24,023 nt of DNA from a virus. Its lineage: Duplodnaviria > Caudoviricetes. A program made the translations under genes and the position numbers. Numbering within the stretch: position 1 is the stretch's first letter; each line of letters begins with the position of its first letter. The stretch is taken from positions 1 to 24,023 of IMG/VR virus record IMGVR_UViG_3300037755_001341. The stretch is one strand, 5' to 3'. The notes under the pieces were generated by a model, which was given only the letters and a program-made list of their open reading frames with translations, was not told the origin of the DNA and did no database searches. Positions 1 to 9,191 of the stretch are shown here, in pieces.

Positions 1-78
1 ACGGACGCCGTCATCGAACGGCCGGAAGCGCTGGGCGGCACGAGCCGCGGCGCGCAGCTCCTGGGGCAAGCCGCATGA
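1..78 (+). CDS. 3' end of an upstream gene (TDAVIERPEALGGTSRGAQLLGQAA*), 5' truncated
   Basis: Frame 1 open from base 1 to TGA at 76-78; C-terminal LLG ending resembles small podovirus virion proteins found before portal genes (inference). Confidence 0.55.
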   Translation, partial: TDAVIERPEALGGTSRGAQLLGQAA

Positions 79-100
79 GCCGCAGCGCGCAACTCCTGGG
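42..100. repeat. Imperfect 24-nt direct repeat, 35-nt period
   Basis: gagccgcggcgcgcagctcctggg (42-65) vs gagccgcagcgcgcaactcctggg (77-100), 22/24 identical. Confidence 0.85.
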
Positions 101-111
101 AGGGTAGGACA

Positions 112-405
112 TTGGCTGAATTTTTTGCTCACGTCTTCCGCGATGCCGGCGCCGCCGCCAAGGGCGCCGTCGAGCAGGCGCTGAAGGAAACCATCGGCGG
201 GACGGCGGTGCAGACCGACGCCATCCTGCAGGGCGGGACGACGCCCATCAAGTTCGTCCGCTGCTGGGCCGACGGCGACTGCTACATCGCCTGGGGCGCC
301 GACCCGACGGCGACGACGGACTCGATCCCGATCGGCGCCGGGCACGGACCGGAGTATTTCGAGATCCCGGCCGGGTACAAGATTTCCGTCATCGAGAAAG
401 TGTAG
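112..405 (+). CDS. Small phage protein, probably virion-associated
   Basis: TTG start after GGGAGGGTAGGA; pattern VRCWADGDCYIAWGADPTAT...PEYFEIPAGYKISVI resembles small beta-rich phage proteins. Confidence 0.7.
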   Translation: MAEFFAHVFRDAGAAAKGAVEQALKETIGGTAVQTDAILQGGTTPIKFVRCWADGDCYIAWGADPTATTDSIPIGAGHGPEYFEIPAGYKISVIEKV

Positions 406-415
406 GGGAGCGGGC

Positions 416-595
416 ATGCCCCCGGCCGTTGGCGGCATTGGTCAGATAGGGCGCGTCGGTCTTGGCCGGGTCAAGCGCGGGGCTGCCGCTCCGCCGTCTG
501 GTGACCCTGGGGCTGGCGTGGACAACCTTCTTCTCGAATCCGGCGACAACCTCCTGCTGGAAAGCAGCGAGGAAGACGTACTCGTATTGGAGTAG
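416..595 (+). CDS. 59-aa phage protein with LLLESGDNLLLES motif (absent from the ORF track)
   Basis: ATG 416 after GGGGAG, TAG 593-595; fills the gap between 405 and 601; MPPAVGGIGQIGRVGLG...VDNLLLESGDNLLLESSEEDVLVLE. Confidence 0.7.
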   Translation: MPPAVGGIGQIGRVGLGRVKRGAAAPPSGDPGAGVDNLLLESGDNLLLESSEEDVLVLE

Positions 596-600
596 CGTGA

Positions 601-1668
601 ATGGCCGACACCAAAGCATCTGCCCTTCCTGATAACCCGACGCCCGCGCGAACCGATCTGCTTTATGTGGTGGACGACCCGGCGGGGACGCCGGCCAGCA
701 CGGGTGCGGATGTCGGCTCGGTTGTCGATCTTGCCGATCATGATGCCCTGACGAATTTTGCCGCCGACGAGCATGTAGCGCATTCCGGTGTCGATATCGG
801 CACGGCTGCCACGTCCGGCCTGTCGGGGGGCGGCTCAATTGCGGCCACCCGAGCGCTCGTGGTTGCCCCGGCTCAGGCGACGGCGAAAACCGCCCCGATC
901 CCGGCAGACCTGATCCTGATCGGCGACACGGAAGCGGCCAGCGCGGTCAAGAAGTCTACCGCAGCCGAACTCAGCCCCGCCATCAATGCCCAAGTCACCC
1001 TCAACGCCGAAACCGCCAGCTTCACCTTTGCCCTGACGGATCGGGGCAAGACCACCACGATCAGCAACGCCGGGGCGACGACCGCCACCATTCCCCCGAA
1101 TTCGATCGTAGCTTTCCCGGTTGATACCATCCTGGTCCTGGAGCAGATAGGGGCGGGGGCCTGTACTTGGACGCCAGGGGCCGGGGTCACCATCAACAAT
1201 AACGCCAACGTCACCTTGGTCACCAATGGCCAGCACTCGGTTTCCTTCGCGAGGCAGACGGCGCCGGATGTCTGGACGGTGTACGGCAACGTTGTCCCGC
1301 TCAACCCTATCGAGTCATGGGAATTCGCGATCTCGGACGAGACGACGGCGCTGACCACGGGCGCTGCTAAGCTTTCTTGGCGCACGCCCTATGCGATCAC
1401 CCTGACGGACATCAAGGCCGACGTGGTGACGGCTCCGACAGATGCAGCGATCATCATTGACGTGCATGATGGTGCCACGTCGATCATGACGACGGACAAG
1501 CTCACCATCGACGCCACCGAGTTTAGCACGCGGGATGCAGGTACCGGCCCGACCTTGACTGATACGGCGCTGGCGGCGGGCGCTCTCATCACCTTCGACA
1601 TCGATCAGGTTGGCTCGACTATAGCAGGCGCAGGAGCAAAGGTTTCGTTGATTGGGCGGCGAACCTAA
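601..1668 (+). CDS. Modular phage virion fibre/appendage protein, 355 aa
   Basis: Ala/Thr-rich; segments typical of phage fibre proteins (MADTKASAL, DHDALTNF..DEH, TIPPNSIVAFPV..QIGAG, SDETTALTTG..FDIDQVGSTIAGAG); stop abuts next ATG. Confidence 0.75.
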   Translation: MADTKASALPDNPTPARTDLLYVVDDPAGTPASTGADVGSVVDLADHDALTNFAADEHVAHSGVDIGTAATSGLSGGGSIAATRALVVAPAQATAKTAPIPADLILIGDTEAASAVKKSTAAELSPAINAQVTLNAETASFTFALTDRGKTTTISNAGATTATIPPNSIVAFPVDTILVLEQIGAGACTWTPGAGVTINNNANVTLVTNGQHSVSFARQTAPDVWTVYGNVVPLNPIESWEFAISDETTALTTGAAKLSWRTPYAITLTDIKADVVTAPTDAAIIIDVHDGATSIMTTDKLTIDATEFSTRDAGTGPTLTDTALAAGALITFDIDQVGSTIAGAGAKVSLIGRRT

Positions 1669-3099
1669 ATGGGCAAGCTGACCAACCCCTTCGCCTTCGC
1701 GGATAACTTCGGGGACAACCCGCTCTCCGCTACGATCCCCTCCATCGTCGCCGGGTCGATCCAGCATGCCACGTTCACGACGAACGGCTCCACCAGCCGG
1801 ACCTATCTGGCGGATTACGATCCGGGCGCGGGGGCGAACCGCAAGATCGTCGCGGTAATGGTCATTGAGGACACAAGCACTCTCGGCCGTCTTTTCGGGT
1901 CCGCCGGCTTTGGCGGCGTGGCAATGAACTTCGCGGGCGGCAACCGTTATGACGGCGCGACAAATGACATAGACGCGTTCGTTTTCTATCTTGACGAAGC
2001 CGACTGGCCAGCCCCCGGAACGAATGCGGTCACTGCGGCGCATTGGGGCATGAACGAGCACGCCTCGTTGACGATCTTCACTATGCAGGACGCCCCTCCG
2101 GGGCCGGTTTTCTGGCTGACGACGAACGGCACCGGTACCGGCACCATCACCCTGGATGTGGCGACGCCTTACGATGATATGGGCATCATCACCGCTCTCG
2201 GTATAGGCCAAGGCACGACGGATCATGCCGCGACGGGCACGGGCCATGCCATTGCCGACGATTACGATTCCGGCGCCACGGCGGGGGAGCGCGTCGTCGT
2301 CGGCTATCTTGCCGGCGGTGCTGCCGGCGCCCACACCTTCGGCTACGGGTTCACGGCCGCGGACGCGCTTGGCATCGGGTTTGGTCTGCCGCCGATCGGG
2401 GGCTATACGCCCTTCGTTATCCAGCGCCCTGTCGGCACGGGCGTTTTGACCAGTGGCACGACGCACAACGTCACCATGCCCGCCGTTGTCAATGCTGGCG
2501 ACCTTCTCATCATATGCGCCAGTTTCTATTGGCTCGCGCAAACCTCCGCCGGCACGATCACGACGCCGGCGGGGTGGACGCTGCCGACCGGCGCGAAGGA
2601 TGACCAGAACCTCGCCACGCCCGGCTCGAACACGATCGTTACCTATGTCAAGTCGGCTGATGGCACGGAAGATGGGGCCTCGGTCGATCTCGCGACGGGC
2701 GCGAACGCGACCTGCGCCGCCTACGTCATGCGCATCGCCGCCGGAGGCTGGTCGGGTACCGTGGGCGACATTGAGGTTTCAACCCATACGGTCGGTAACA
2801 ACGCCGAGCAAACCTCGCATGACGGGCCGGCTGTGACCCCAAGCTGGGGCGGGGCCGCTGTTCGGTGGCTGGCCATTACCGCCTACGCGATGGCGGATGA
2901 CGACGAGACGATCGACGCCTCGCCTGTCCAAATGGATGCGGTGCAGGCGCAGGTATCCGGCGCAGGGGCGGGGGCCGGCAGTGCCGTCACGATGGCTTGG
3001 AGGCAGGTTATCGGCACGACATACGATCCCGGCGGGTTCAATCAGGTAAACGCCTGGCACATCGGCCACACCATCGCGGTCAAGGGGCCGGGCGACTAG
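1669..3099 (+). CDS. Phage virion appendage protein, 476 aa, probably two beta-rich domains
   Basis: Gly/Thr/Ala-rich; HNVTMPAVVNAGDLLII and ITTPAGWT patterns common in phage tail and surface proteins; coupled to previous gene (TAAATG). Confidence 0.7.
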   Translation: MGKLTNPFAFADNFGDNPLSATIPSIVAGSIQHATFTTNGSTSRTYLADYDPGAGANRKIVAVMVIEDTSTLGRLFGSAGFGGVAMNFAGGNRYDGATNDIDAFVFYLDEADWPAPGTNAVTAAHWGMNEHASLTIFTMQDAPPGPVFWLTTNGTGTGTITLDVATPYDDMGIITALGIGQGTTDHAATGTGHAIADDYDSGATAGERVVVGYLAGGAAGAHTFGYGFTAADALGIGFGLPPIGGYTPFVIQRPVGTGVLTSGTTHNVTMPAVVNAGDLLIICASFYWLAQTSAGTITTPAGWTLPTGAKDDQNLATPGSNTIVTYVKSADGTEDGASVDLATGANATCAAYVMRIAAGGWSGTVGDIEVSTHTVGNNAEQTSHDGPAVTPSWGGAAVRWLAITAYAMADDDETIDASPVQMDAVQAQVSGAGAGAGSAVTMAWRQVIGTTYDPGGFNQVNAWHIGHTIAVKGPGD

Positions 3100-3778
3100 G
3101 CCTGTAAGCCAAGGCGACGACCTCGCTCCTGTTTCGGATGCGAGAAAGAAACCCCGCCGCAAGCCTGAAGGCGGGATCTCCGAAGATACGGAGGATCGGC
3201 GCCAGCTTGTTGCTGACGGCATACTGAGTGTGCGTGGCGCTTTCGACCCGGAAGCCCGCCTCGGTCAGCAGATTGCCGATGTTCATCGGGCTCCAGGTGA
3301 ACAGGTGGTTGTCAGGATTGGCCGGGCTCCAGCTCTGGTGGATGGCGCTGCGCCAGTCGTCGAAGGGCAGCACCAGCACCAGCTTCCCGCCCGGCTTCAG
3401 GACGCGATAGAGGTGCCGGAGGCTGTCGTAGGGCGCCAGCGTGTGCTCCAGGCAGTGGTTGGAAATGACCACATCCGCCGCCTCGTCGGACACGGCGGAG
3501 ATGTCCGCGTGCATCTCGATATCCGAAAAAGCGCATAGCGCGGCGGGGTTGACCTCGACGCCGATCTTCCGCGCCGCAGTCAGGCAGGCGAGGAACAGCC
3601 CATCGTTGCAGCCGAAGTCCAGAACCGTATCAGCAGGTTTTACATGATGCCGGAAGTACAGATCGACTTGATATCGCCGGTAAAATTCGGCATTCGCGAG
3701 GCTGGCCTGATAGGCCGCGCCGCGTTCGTCCTGGTAATGGGCGCTGACGGGCAGAACCATATGGGAAGTATGCCGCAT
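3080..3778 (-). CDS. Class I SAM-dependent methyltransferase (start at 3778 or 3760)
   Basis: Motifs VLDFGCNDG, DVVISNHCLEH, LYRVLKPGGKLVLVLP; the listed extension to 4357 overlaps the + strand gene and is not credible. Confidence 0.88.
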   Translation of the reverse strand: MRHTSHMVLPVSAHYQDERGAAYQASLANAEFYRRYQVDLYFRHHVKPADTVLDFGCNDGLFLACLTAARKIGVEVNPAALCAFSDIEMHADISAVSDEAADVVISNHCLEHTLAPYDSLRHLYRVLKPGGKLVLVLPFDDWRSAIHQSWSPANPDNHLFTWSPMNIGNLLTEAGFRVESATHTQYAVSNKLAPILRIFGDPAFRLAAGFLSRIRNRSEVVALAYRPSRPAP

Positions 3779-3811
3779 GGTTGCGTTGCCGGCAACCCGG
3801 GCTAAACATCC

Positions 3812-6298
3812 GTGCTCCCCTACCTCCACGCCCTCTGCAACCCGACATGGTCTTCCGTCCCGGCGGTTGCGCCGGTGCCCGAAGCCCCGGTCGCCACCCT
3901 CCTGCCGCAGTCCGACCGCGGCGCGTTGCAGGACGACGGCGTCACCAACGAGCCGTCGCCGGGGTTCGCGCTGGACCTCGACCCTGTGCTTGCCGCGTCC
4001 GACACCATCCACGCCTACATCGGCGGGATCGATATCAACCAGCACACCGTTACAGCAGGCGAGGCGGCAGGAACCGACCCGATCACCGGCCTGCTGGGGG
4101 CCGAAGCGCCGCTCGCGGATGGCGTCTATTCGATCCAGTTCAGCCATGAGAATGCGAACGGCGAGAGCGCGCTGTCCACGGCCATTCCGTACACGAAGGA
4201 TACCAGCCTCGGGACGCTGACGGCGGCGGCGGGAACCGGCAATGTCGTCAACGACACGACGCCGGATGTGACGGTCACGATCTCCGGCAGCACCTTGGCG
4301 GCGGACGATGCGGTCGAGCTGCGGCTGGCGAGCGACGGCACGCTGATGGGCAGCCACGTCCTGACGGCGGGCGAGGTGTCCGGCGGCTCTTGTGTCATCA
4401 CCCTGTCTGAGATCTTCGAAGAGACCACGACCGCCCTTATCGTCTCAGGCTACGACGACGCGGGCCACCTGACGGAGGCGCTGGCCTACACGATCACCCA
4501 CAGCTACTACCTGATCTCGGACAGCTTCGATGGCATGACTTCTGGGCAAGATTTGAATGGCCGAACGCCTAGTCCGATAAATGTACCCGGCAATAATTGG
4601 GTTTCTGCGGCGAATGGCATCGAGAGCGATGGCGCCGGTCATGTCCAGGGGAGCGCGAACAATGAAACGGGCGCCATAAACACCGGCATCACGAACAATA
4701 TCATGGAGGCGTCCGTAGACTTGGTGTTCGGCGCGGCTACGAACGAGTGCAACCTGTTCATCTTGGCTGATGCTTACGCTGCGCCGCCGAGCGACATGAT
4801 TCTGCTGCAGTTGGAAAACACAGCCGTACGTTTGTATCAGCGCGTCGGCGGAACCTTTACCGAACTTGGCAATACGACGCTGACCAAGGACGGAACGACG
4901 ACCTATAATTTCCGTCTGCGCTATGACGGGGCCGACATCCGCTGTTACATGGACGATGTCGAGATCGCGGCGTTGGCTGAGGTTGGCTACAGCTTCCCGG
5001 CAGGATTGAACGGCAATACCTTCGCCGGCTTCTATAATGGCAATCCTACCAGCGCAACGCTTCCGCTGTGGGACAACTTCAAAGCCACTCATCCGGTTGC
5101 CGCCCCAACTGTCGACCTTCTCGTAACCTCCGACCGCGGCGCATCCACGACCGACAATATCTCGAACGACCCGACGCCGACGTTCGAGATCACCTTCCCC
5201 GCGCTCGTCTGGGCCTCCGGTACCCTGCGCTACTACGTGGGCGGGGTCGAGATCGCGACGCGGGCGATCACGGAAGCGGAAGTTACTGCCGGATCGATCG
5301 AATACACCGTCGCGGCGCTGGCCGATGGCACGCACAGCATCCAGTTCAGCCTGGAGACAGGTTTCGAGGAAGGGCCGAAATCGACCGCAATCTCTTACGT
5401 GCTCGATACTGGACTGGGCACGCTGGCGGCAACAGTTGGAACGGACTTCGAGACAACCGACACGACGCCGGATGTCGTGATCGACATCTCGGGCACGACG
5501 CTGCTCGAAAACGATCTGCTCGAAATCCGCGACAGCGCGGCAACCCTGCTTGCCGGTGGCGCGCATTCGATAACGGCCGGCGAAATAACGGCCGGAGAGG
5601 TCACGATGACGCTGACCTCGGCGCTGGCGGCCGGCTCGCACGCCTTGACGATCTCCGGCTACAACGCGAGCAACGAGTTCACCGAGGCGCTGGACATTGC
5701 CGTCCGCGTCCTGGAGCTGGTCATCGAGGATCAGTTCGCGGCGATCGGCACGGCCAACCTCGCCGGCTGGACGCCCGACACGCTCAACACGCCGGGCGGA
5801 AATTGGACGGACGCAGGCGCCCGCTGGGTGGGCAACGGCGCGGGGGCCGTTACCCACACGGTTGCCAACGCCTCGGCCCAGAAAGACACCGGCATCACCA
5901 ACAATGTGATGCGGGTCGAGATGGAGGTTAACTGCGGCGTATCGAAGACAAACCTGTTCATCGCTATATGCGCCGCTTCTAACTTCTCAGGGTTCGGCAA
6001 CGAAGACGGCATCTATATTCAGCATGAGACCGGCAGCGACACGATGAAGCTGTTCGCGACCACGGCCACGCAGCTCGCCTCGACCACTGTCGCCCGCACC
6101 ATCGGCGTAACGCACAAATACGCCATCGAATATACCGGCCAGCATTTGAAGGTCTTCTTCGATGATGTCGAAGTCACGGCCTTGCGGAAGGAAAACTACA
6201 CGATCCCGGCCGGACAGGCGGGACAGTCGTATATCGGGCTTATCAGCGCGACCGGAACCGCCGGAGCCGTAATCGACAACGTGAAGGTCTACGCCTGA
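3812..6298 (+). CDS. Ig-like (Big-type) repeat protein with two copies of an Ig-Ig-beta-sandwich module, 828 aa; putative adhesin or virion appendage
   Basis: SDRG..D..TN.P.P.F, LADG.[YH]SIQFS and DTTPDV motifs each occur twice; GTG start. Confidence 0.8.
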   Translation: MLPYLHALCNPTWSSVPAVAPVPEAPVATLLPQSDRGALQDDGVTNEPSPGFALDLDPVLAASDTIHAYIGGIDINQHTVTAGEAAGTDPITGLLGAEAPLADGVYSIQFSHENANGESALSTAIPYTKDTSLGTLTAAAGTGNVVNDTTPDVTVTISGSTLAADDAVELRLASDGTLMGSHVLTAGEVSGGSCVITLSEIFEETTTALIVSGYDDAGHLTEALAYTITHSYYLISDSFDGMTSGQDLNGRTPSPINVPGNNWVSAANGIESDGAGHVQGSANNETGAINTGITNNIMEASVDLVFGAATNECNLFILADAYAAPPSDMILLQLENTAVRLYQRVGGTFTELGNTTLTKDGTTTYNFRLRYDGADIRCYMDDVEIAALAEVGYSFPAGLNGNTFAGFYNGNPTSATLPLWDNFKATHPVAAPTVDLLVTSDRGASTTDNISNDPTPTFEITFPALVWASGTLRYYVGGVEIATRAITEAEVTAGSIEYTVAALADGTHSIQFSLETGFEEGPKSTAISYVLDTGLGTLAATVGTDFETTDTTPDVVIDISGTTLLENDLLEIRDSAATLLAGGAHSITAGEITAGEVTMTLTSALAAGSHALTISGYNASNEFTEALDIAVRVLELVIEDQFAAIGTANLAGWTPDTLNTPGGNWTDAGARWVGNGAGAVTHTVANASAQKDTGITNNVMRVEMEVNCGVSKTNLFIAICAASNFSGFGNEDGIYIQHETGSDTMKLFATTATQLASTTVARTIGVTHKYAIEYTGQHLKVFFDDVEVTALRKENYTIPAGQAGQSYIGLISATGTAGAVIDNVKVYA
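3911..6298 (+). repeat. Diverged intragenic tandem duplication, about 1206-nt period
   Basis: Exact matches at offset 1206: atccagttcagcc 4133/5339, cgacacgacgccggatgt 4252/5458, caccggcatcac 4681/5887; tccgaccgcggcgc 3911/5129 at offset 1218. Confidence 0.9.
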
Positions 6299-9033
6299 TG
6301 CCTGACGCCGTATACGTCGCCGAAGTCAGGATGCAAGGCCCGCGCTGCGTCGAGCTGGCCATCCGAGATGCCGATATCCAGAAGGCGGGCGCCAGCGGCA
6401 TCCATGCGCTCGGCTATGTCTCGGAGACCGCCTACAACACGCTGACGACTGAATATCTTGGCAAGACGGGCGTCATCTGCGGGCCGACCAAGGAGTATGT
6501 CGTTCTCCGCCCGCCGATGCCGAGTGCGTTTCTCGACCGCGACGCGGTCAACAATTACTGGGACCCCAGCGACATCCCTGCGGGCTACACGCTCGACTTC
6601 GGCGCCGCGACATGCACGCACATCACGCGGCAGAGCACGCACATCCACGACCTCGTCGAGCAGGACGACAGCGCACAGGTCTTGTCCTGGCCGCAGTACG
6701 AGCACTGGCTCCGGTTTCATCTCGACATCGACTTGCCGGCCGACACGGAGATTTCCATCTCGCCCCCGGCCGCCGAGTTCCCGGACGTAACCTACACCTT
6801 TGACGACACGGACACCTTCACGCCGATCATCAAGGTCAACAACTACGGCTTCAGCCCGTTCGACAAGAAGAAGCAGGCGATCATCTCGGGCTGGCTGCCG
6901 GGCTTCGGCACGGAAGGCATCGTTGATCTTCTCGCGCTCGGCGTAACGCACGGCTACATTATCCGCGACGACACGAAGGCGATCGTCTCGCGCGCCTATC
7001 CGATCACGCTGCGCATGGCGGCGAACGACCTCAGCCTCTACAACGACACGCGCATCTCGACCACGCGCTACTTCGCCATCACGGCCGTCTCGAAAGCGGC
7101 GTCCATGGTGATCACCGCGCCGGGGCACGACCTCATCATCGGCGATGTCGTCGCGGTGCAGTACGCGCTGGGCATGAACCAGATCAATTTCTACGATGCC
7201 AGCGACTACTGGACGATCACGAACGTCTCGGGCGACGACCTCACCTTCGCCATAAACAGCACAAGTTTCGGCACTTATACCGGCGGGGGCTATATCTACC
7301 CCCGCGTTCCGTGCAACCGCTCCGGCACCAACGTCTACGAGATGGACTTTTCGAACTGGACCGCGCCGCAAATCGGCATCCAGTACCGTGTTCACATCCC
7401 CGGCGTCGGCGTGTCGCGCCCCTTCTACGTTGATGCGGCGGCTCATTATCAACTGGCAAAGACCGCGTTTGGCGGGTTGCGGAACGTGATCAACGGTACG
7501 GCCAAGACGATGGCTGAATCCAGTTACGATAGCCCGCAAAACCTGCACCCGGATGTCGGGGGTTTCACCATGTGGGAAACCCAGATGCCGATCCAGTACA
7601 CGACCAACGGCGGCGGGGCGTACGGCCCGGAGGTCATGCTCGAATCACCTTGGAAGGGCGATGCGGTCGAAGGTGTCTTCGGCGGGGTTCAGGACGCCGG
7701 CGATTGGGACGTGCGCGACCGCGACCGCTTCGTGCACGACATCCTCGATATGTATGATGTCCTCTCGGCGGAGACCTTCGCCGTCGGTCTCGGACTCGTC
7801 GGCATTGCAAGCATGCCGATGAACGACGACGGCTTCTGGGACGACCTCGCGGACGCGCCGCATCTCGTCCAGATGGCGGCCATCTTGCTCGACTTCATGC
7901 GCCGGACCAGGGCGGCTGCGGGGGAATGCCGTCCCGGCTACGAGCTCCCGGGCGTCATCGTCGGCACGGGGACGAGTTACCTGCCGATGTCGCATGGCAC
8001 GCTTTACGCCTACGACGGCGAGGCGACCTTCGCTTTCGCAGCGGGGGCGGCGCACTTGAGCTGGGTGCTCGACGATCTCGGCTATGCGACCCTCGCGGCA
8101 ACCCTGCTGGCGCTGGCGGAGGAAAGCTTCGATCGCGGCGAGGAAATTCTCGCCGATCCGGACACCTTCTTCGCCAACCTGATCGCCATCGACGACCCGC
8201 TGTACCAGGCGAACAAGGCGGAGATGGTCAACGCGACGATGCGCAATCTGGCGGCGGTCTACCTTCATCGCGCGACCCTGACATCGGAATATCTCACTTT
8301 CGCGGAATTGGTCGTGACAGCCGGCTCGGGGAACATCGCGGTAGCCAAGGCAACGTTCCACTACGAGAAGACCGTTGATGTCAACAAGGGACTGAGCTTT
8401 TCGGCGGCTCTCGTCAACACGGCCGACACGGCACTGAGCCGCCTGAACGGCAATGACTATCCGAATGTGAACATCGGGGCGGCGCTTTACGGCTCCGCTA
8501 CGCCGCCCTGGGGCGATATCGACCTCGTCCGCGGCTATGCGATGAACGGCGACATCGAGTACGTGAAGGCGCTGAACCAGACCGTCGGCCATTCGCTCGG
8601 GGCGAACACGCAGAATCTCAGCTTCTTCACCGGGCTCACGCCCTACCAGCTCATCGGCGAGCTGACCGTCGATACGCTGCTGGCGAACGCCCCGCCCATC
8701 CCAGGCATCACCTCGTTCATCTACATGCGTCCGAGCGAGTGGGGCTACCAGTTCTGGCTGCAGGGCAATGGCGACACGGGCAATTTCTATGCCTCGCTGT
8801 ACACCTACCTGAATTCAATCACGGCGCCGAACAACGTCAAGCAGCCGCAGCCGATCATGTACCAGCAACCGCTGTGGCAGTTCTGCGTCAACTGGCCCCG
8901 CATGGTGGTGCTGATGGAACATGCACCGTACGGTTCGATCCACATGCTGCAGGACGCGCTTGTCTTGTACGAAGCGGCCGGCAAGGGCCAGACGGCCATA
9001 GGCGCCCGCAAGCGCATCCTGGCGACGGCCTAA
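6298..9033 (+). CDS. GH9-like glycoside hydrolase with CelD-type Ig domain and inserted E1-FCCH-like phage domain, 911 aa
   Basis: IKVNNYGFSP..KKQA and YRVHIPGVGVSRPFYV (CelD N-terminal Ig pattern); GGVQDAGDWD (GH9 DAGD); SLGANTQNLSFFTGL (GH9 LG.N...S..TG); insertion ITAVSKA..VITAPGH...INSTSFGTYTGGG. Confidence 0.72.
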   Translation: MPDAVYVAEVRMQGPRCVELAIRDADIQKAGASGIHALGYVSETAYNTLTTEYLGKTGVICGPTKEYVVLRPPMPSAFLDRDAVNNYWDPSDIPAGYTLDFGAATCTHITRQSTHIHDLVEQDDSAQVLSWPQYEHWLRFHLDIDLPADTEISISPPAAEFPDVTYTFDDTDTFTPIIKVNNYGFSPFDKKKQAIISGWLPGFGTEGIVDLLALGVTHGYIIRDDTKAIVSRAYPITLRMAANDLSLYNDTRISTTRYFAITAVSKAASMVITAPGHDLIIGDVVAVQYALGMNQINFYDASDYWTITNVSGDDLTFAINSTSFGTYTGGGYIYPRVPCNRSGTNVYEMDFSNWTAPQIGIQYRVHIPGVGVSRPFYVDAAAHYQLAKTAFGGLRNVINGTAKTMAESSYDSPQNLHPDVGGFTMWETQMPIQYTTNGGGAYGPEVMLESPWKGDAVEGVFGGVQDAGDWDVRDRDRFVHDILDMYDVLSAETFAVGLGLVGIASMPMNDDGFWDDLADAPHLVQMAAILLDFMRRTRAAAGECRPGYELPGVIVGTGTSYLPMSHGTLYAYDGEATFAFAAGAAHLSWVLDDLGYATLAATLLALAEESFDRGEEILADPDTFFANLIAIDDPLYQANKAEMVNATMRNLAAVYLHRATLTSEYLTFAELVVTAGSGNIAVAKATFHYEKTVDVNKGLSFSAALVNTADTALSRLNGNDYPNVNIGAALYGSATPPWGDIDLVRGYAMNGDIEYVKALNQTVGHSLGANTQNLSFFTGLTPYQLIGELTVDTLLANAPPIPGITSFIYMRPSEWGYQFWLQGNGDTGNFYASLYTYLNSITAPNNVKQPQPIMYQQPLWQFCVNWPRMVVLMEHAPYGSIHMLQDALVLYEAAGKGQTAIGARKRILATA

Positions 9034-9191
9034 TCCGGCCCCAAGGGCGACGGTATGCCCAGCTTCCGCTCCACCGCCTCCAGCGCCCATACGACGATAA
9101 CGACGGCGACAAGCGGCAGCACCAGCACCGCCAGGAACACGTAGCTCAGCCCCATAAGCGCTACGCGGGCGGCGTGCAGCAGAATGTTCAT
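9030..9191 (-). CDS. Small hydrophobic protein, probable single-pass membrane protein (start 9191; alternatives up to 9221)
   Basis: Occupies a ~200-nt gap between large genes; long hydrophobic run VALMGLSYVFLAVLVLPLVAVVIVVWAL. Confidence 0.45.
   Translation of the reverse strand: MNILLHAARVALMGLSYVFLAVLVLPLVAVVIVVWALEAVERKLGIPSPLGPD

Noticed and set aside
3779-4357. N-terminal extension of the minus-strand methyltransferase ORF (425 aa as listed)
   Set aside because: Arg-rich shadow sequence overlapping the Ig-repeat gene; methyltransferase-like sequence begins only near 3778-3760
3911-6298. Possible diversity-generating retroelement template/variable repeat pair
   Set aside because: Both copies are in frame within one gene, divergence is not adenine-specific, and no reverse transcriptase is in the window
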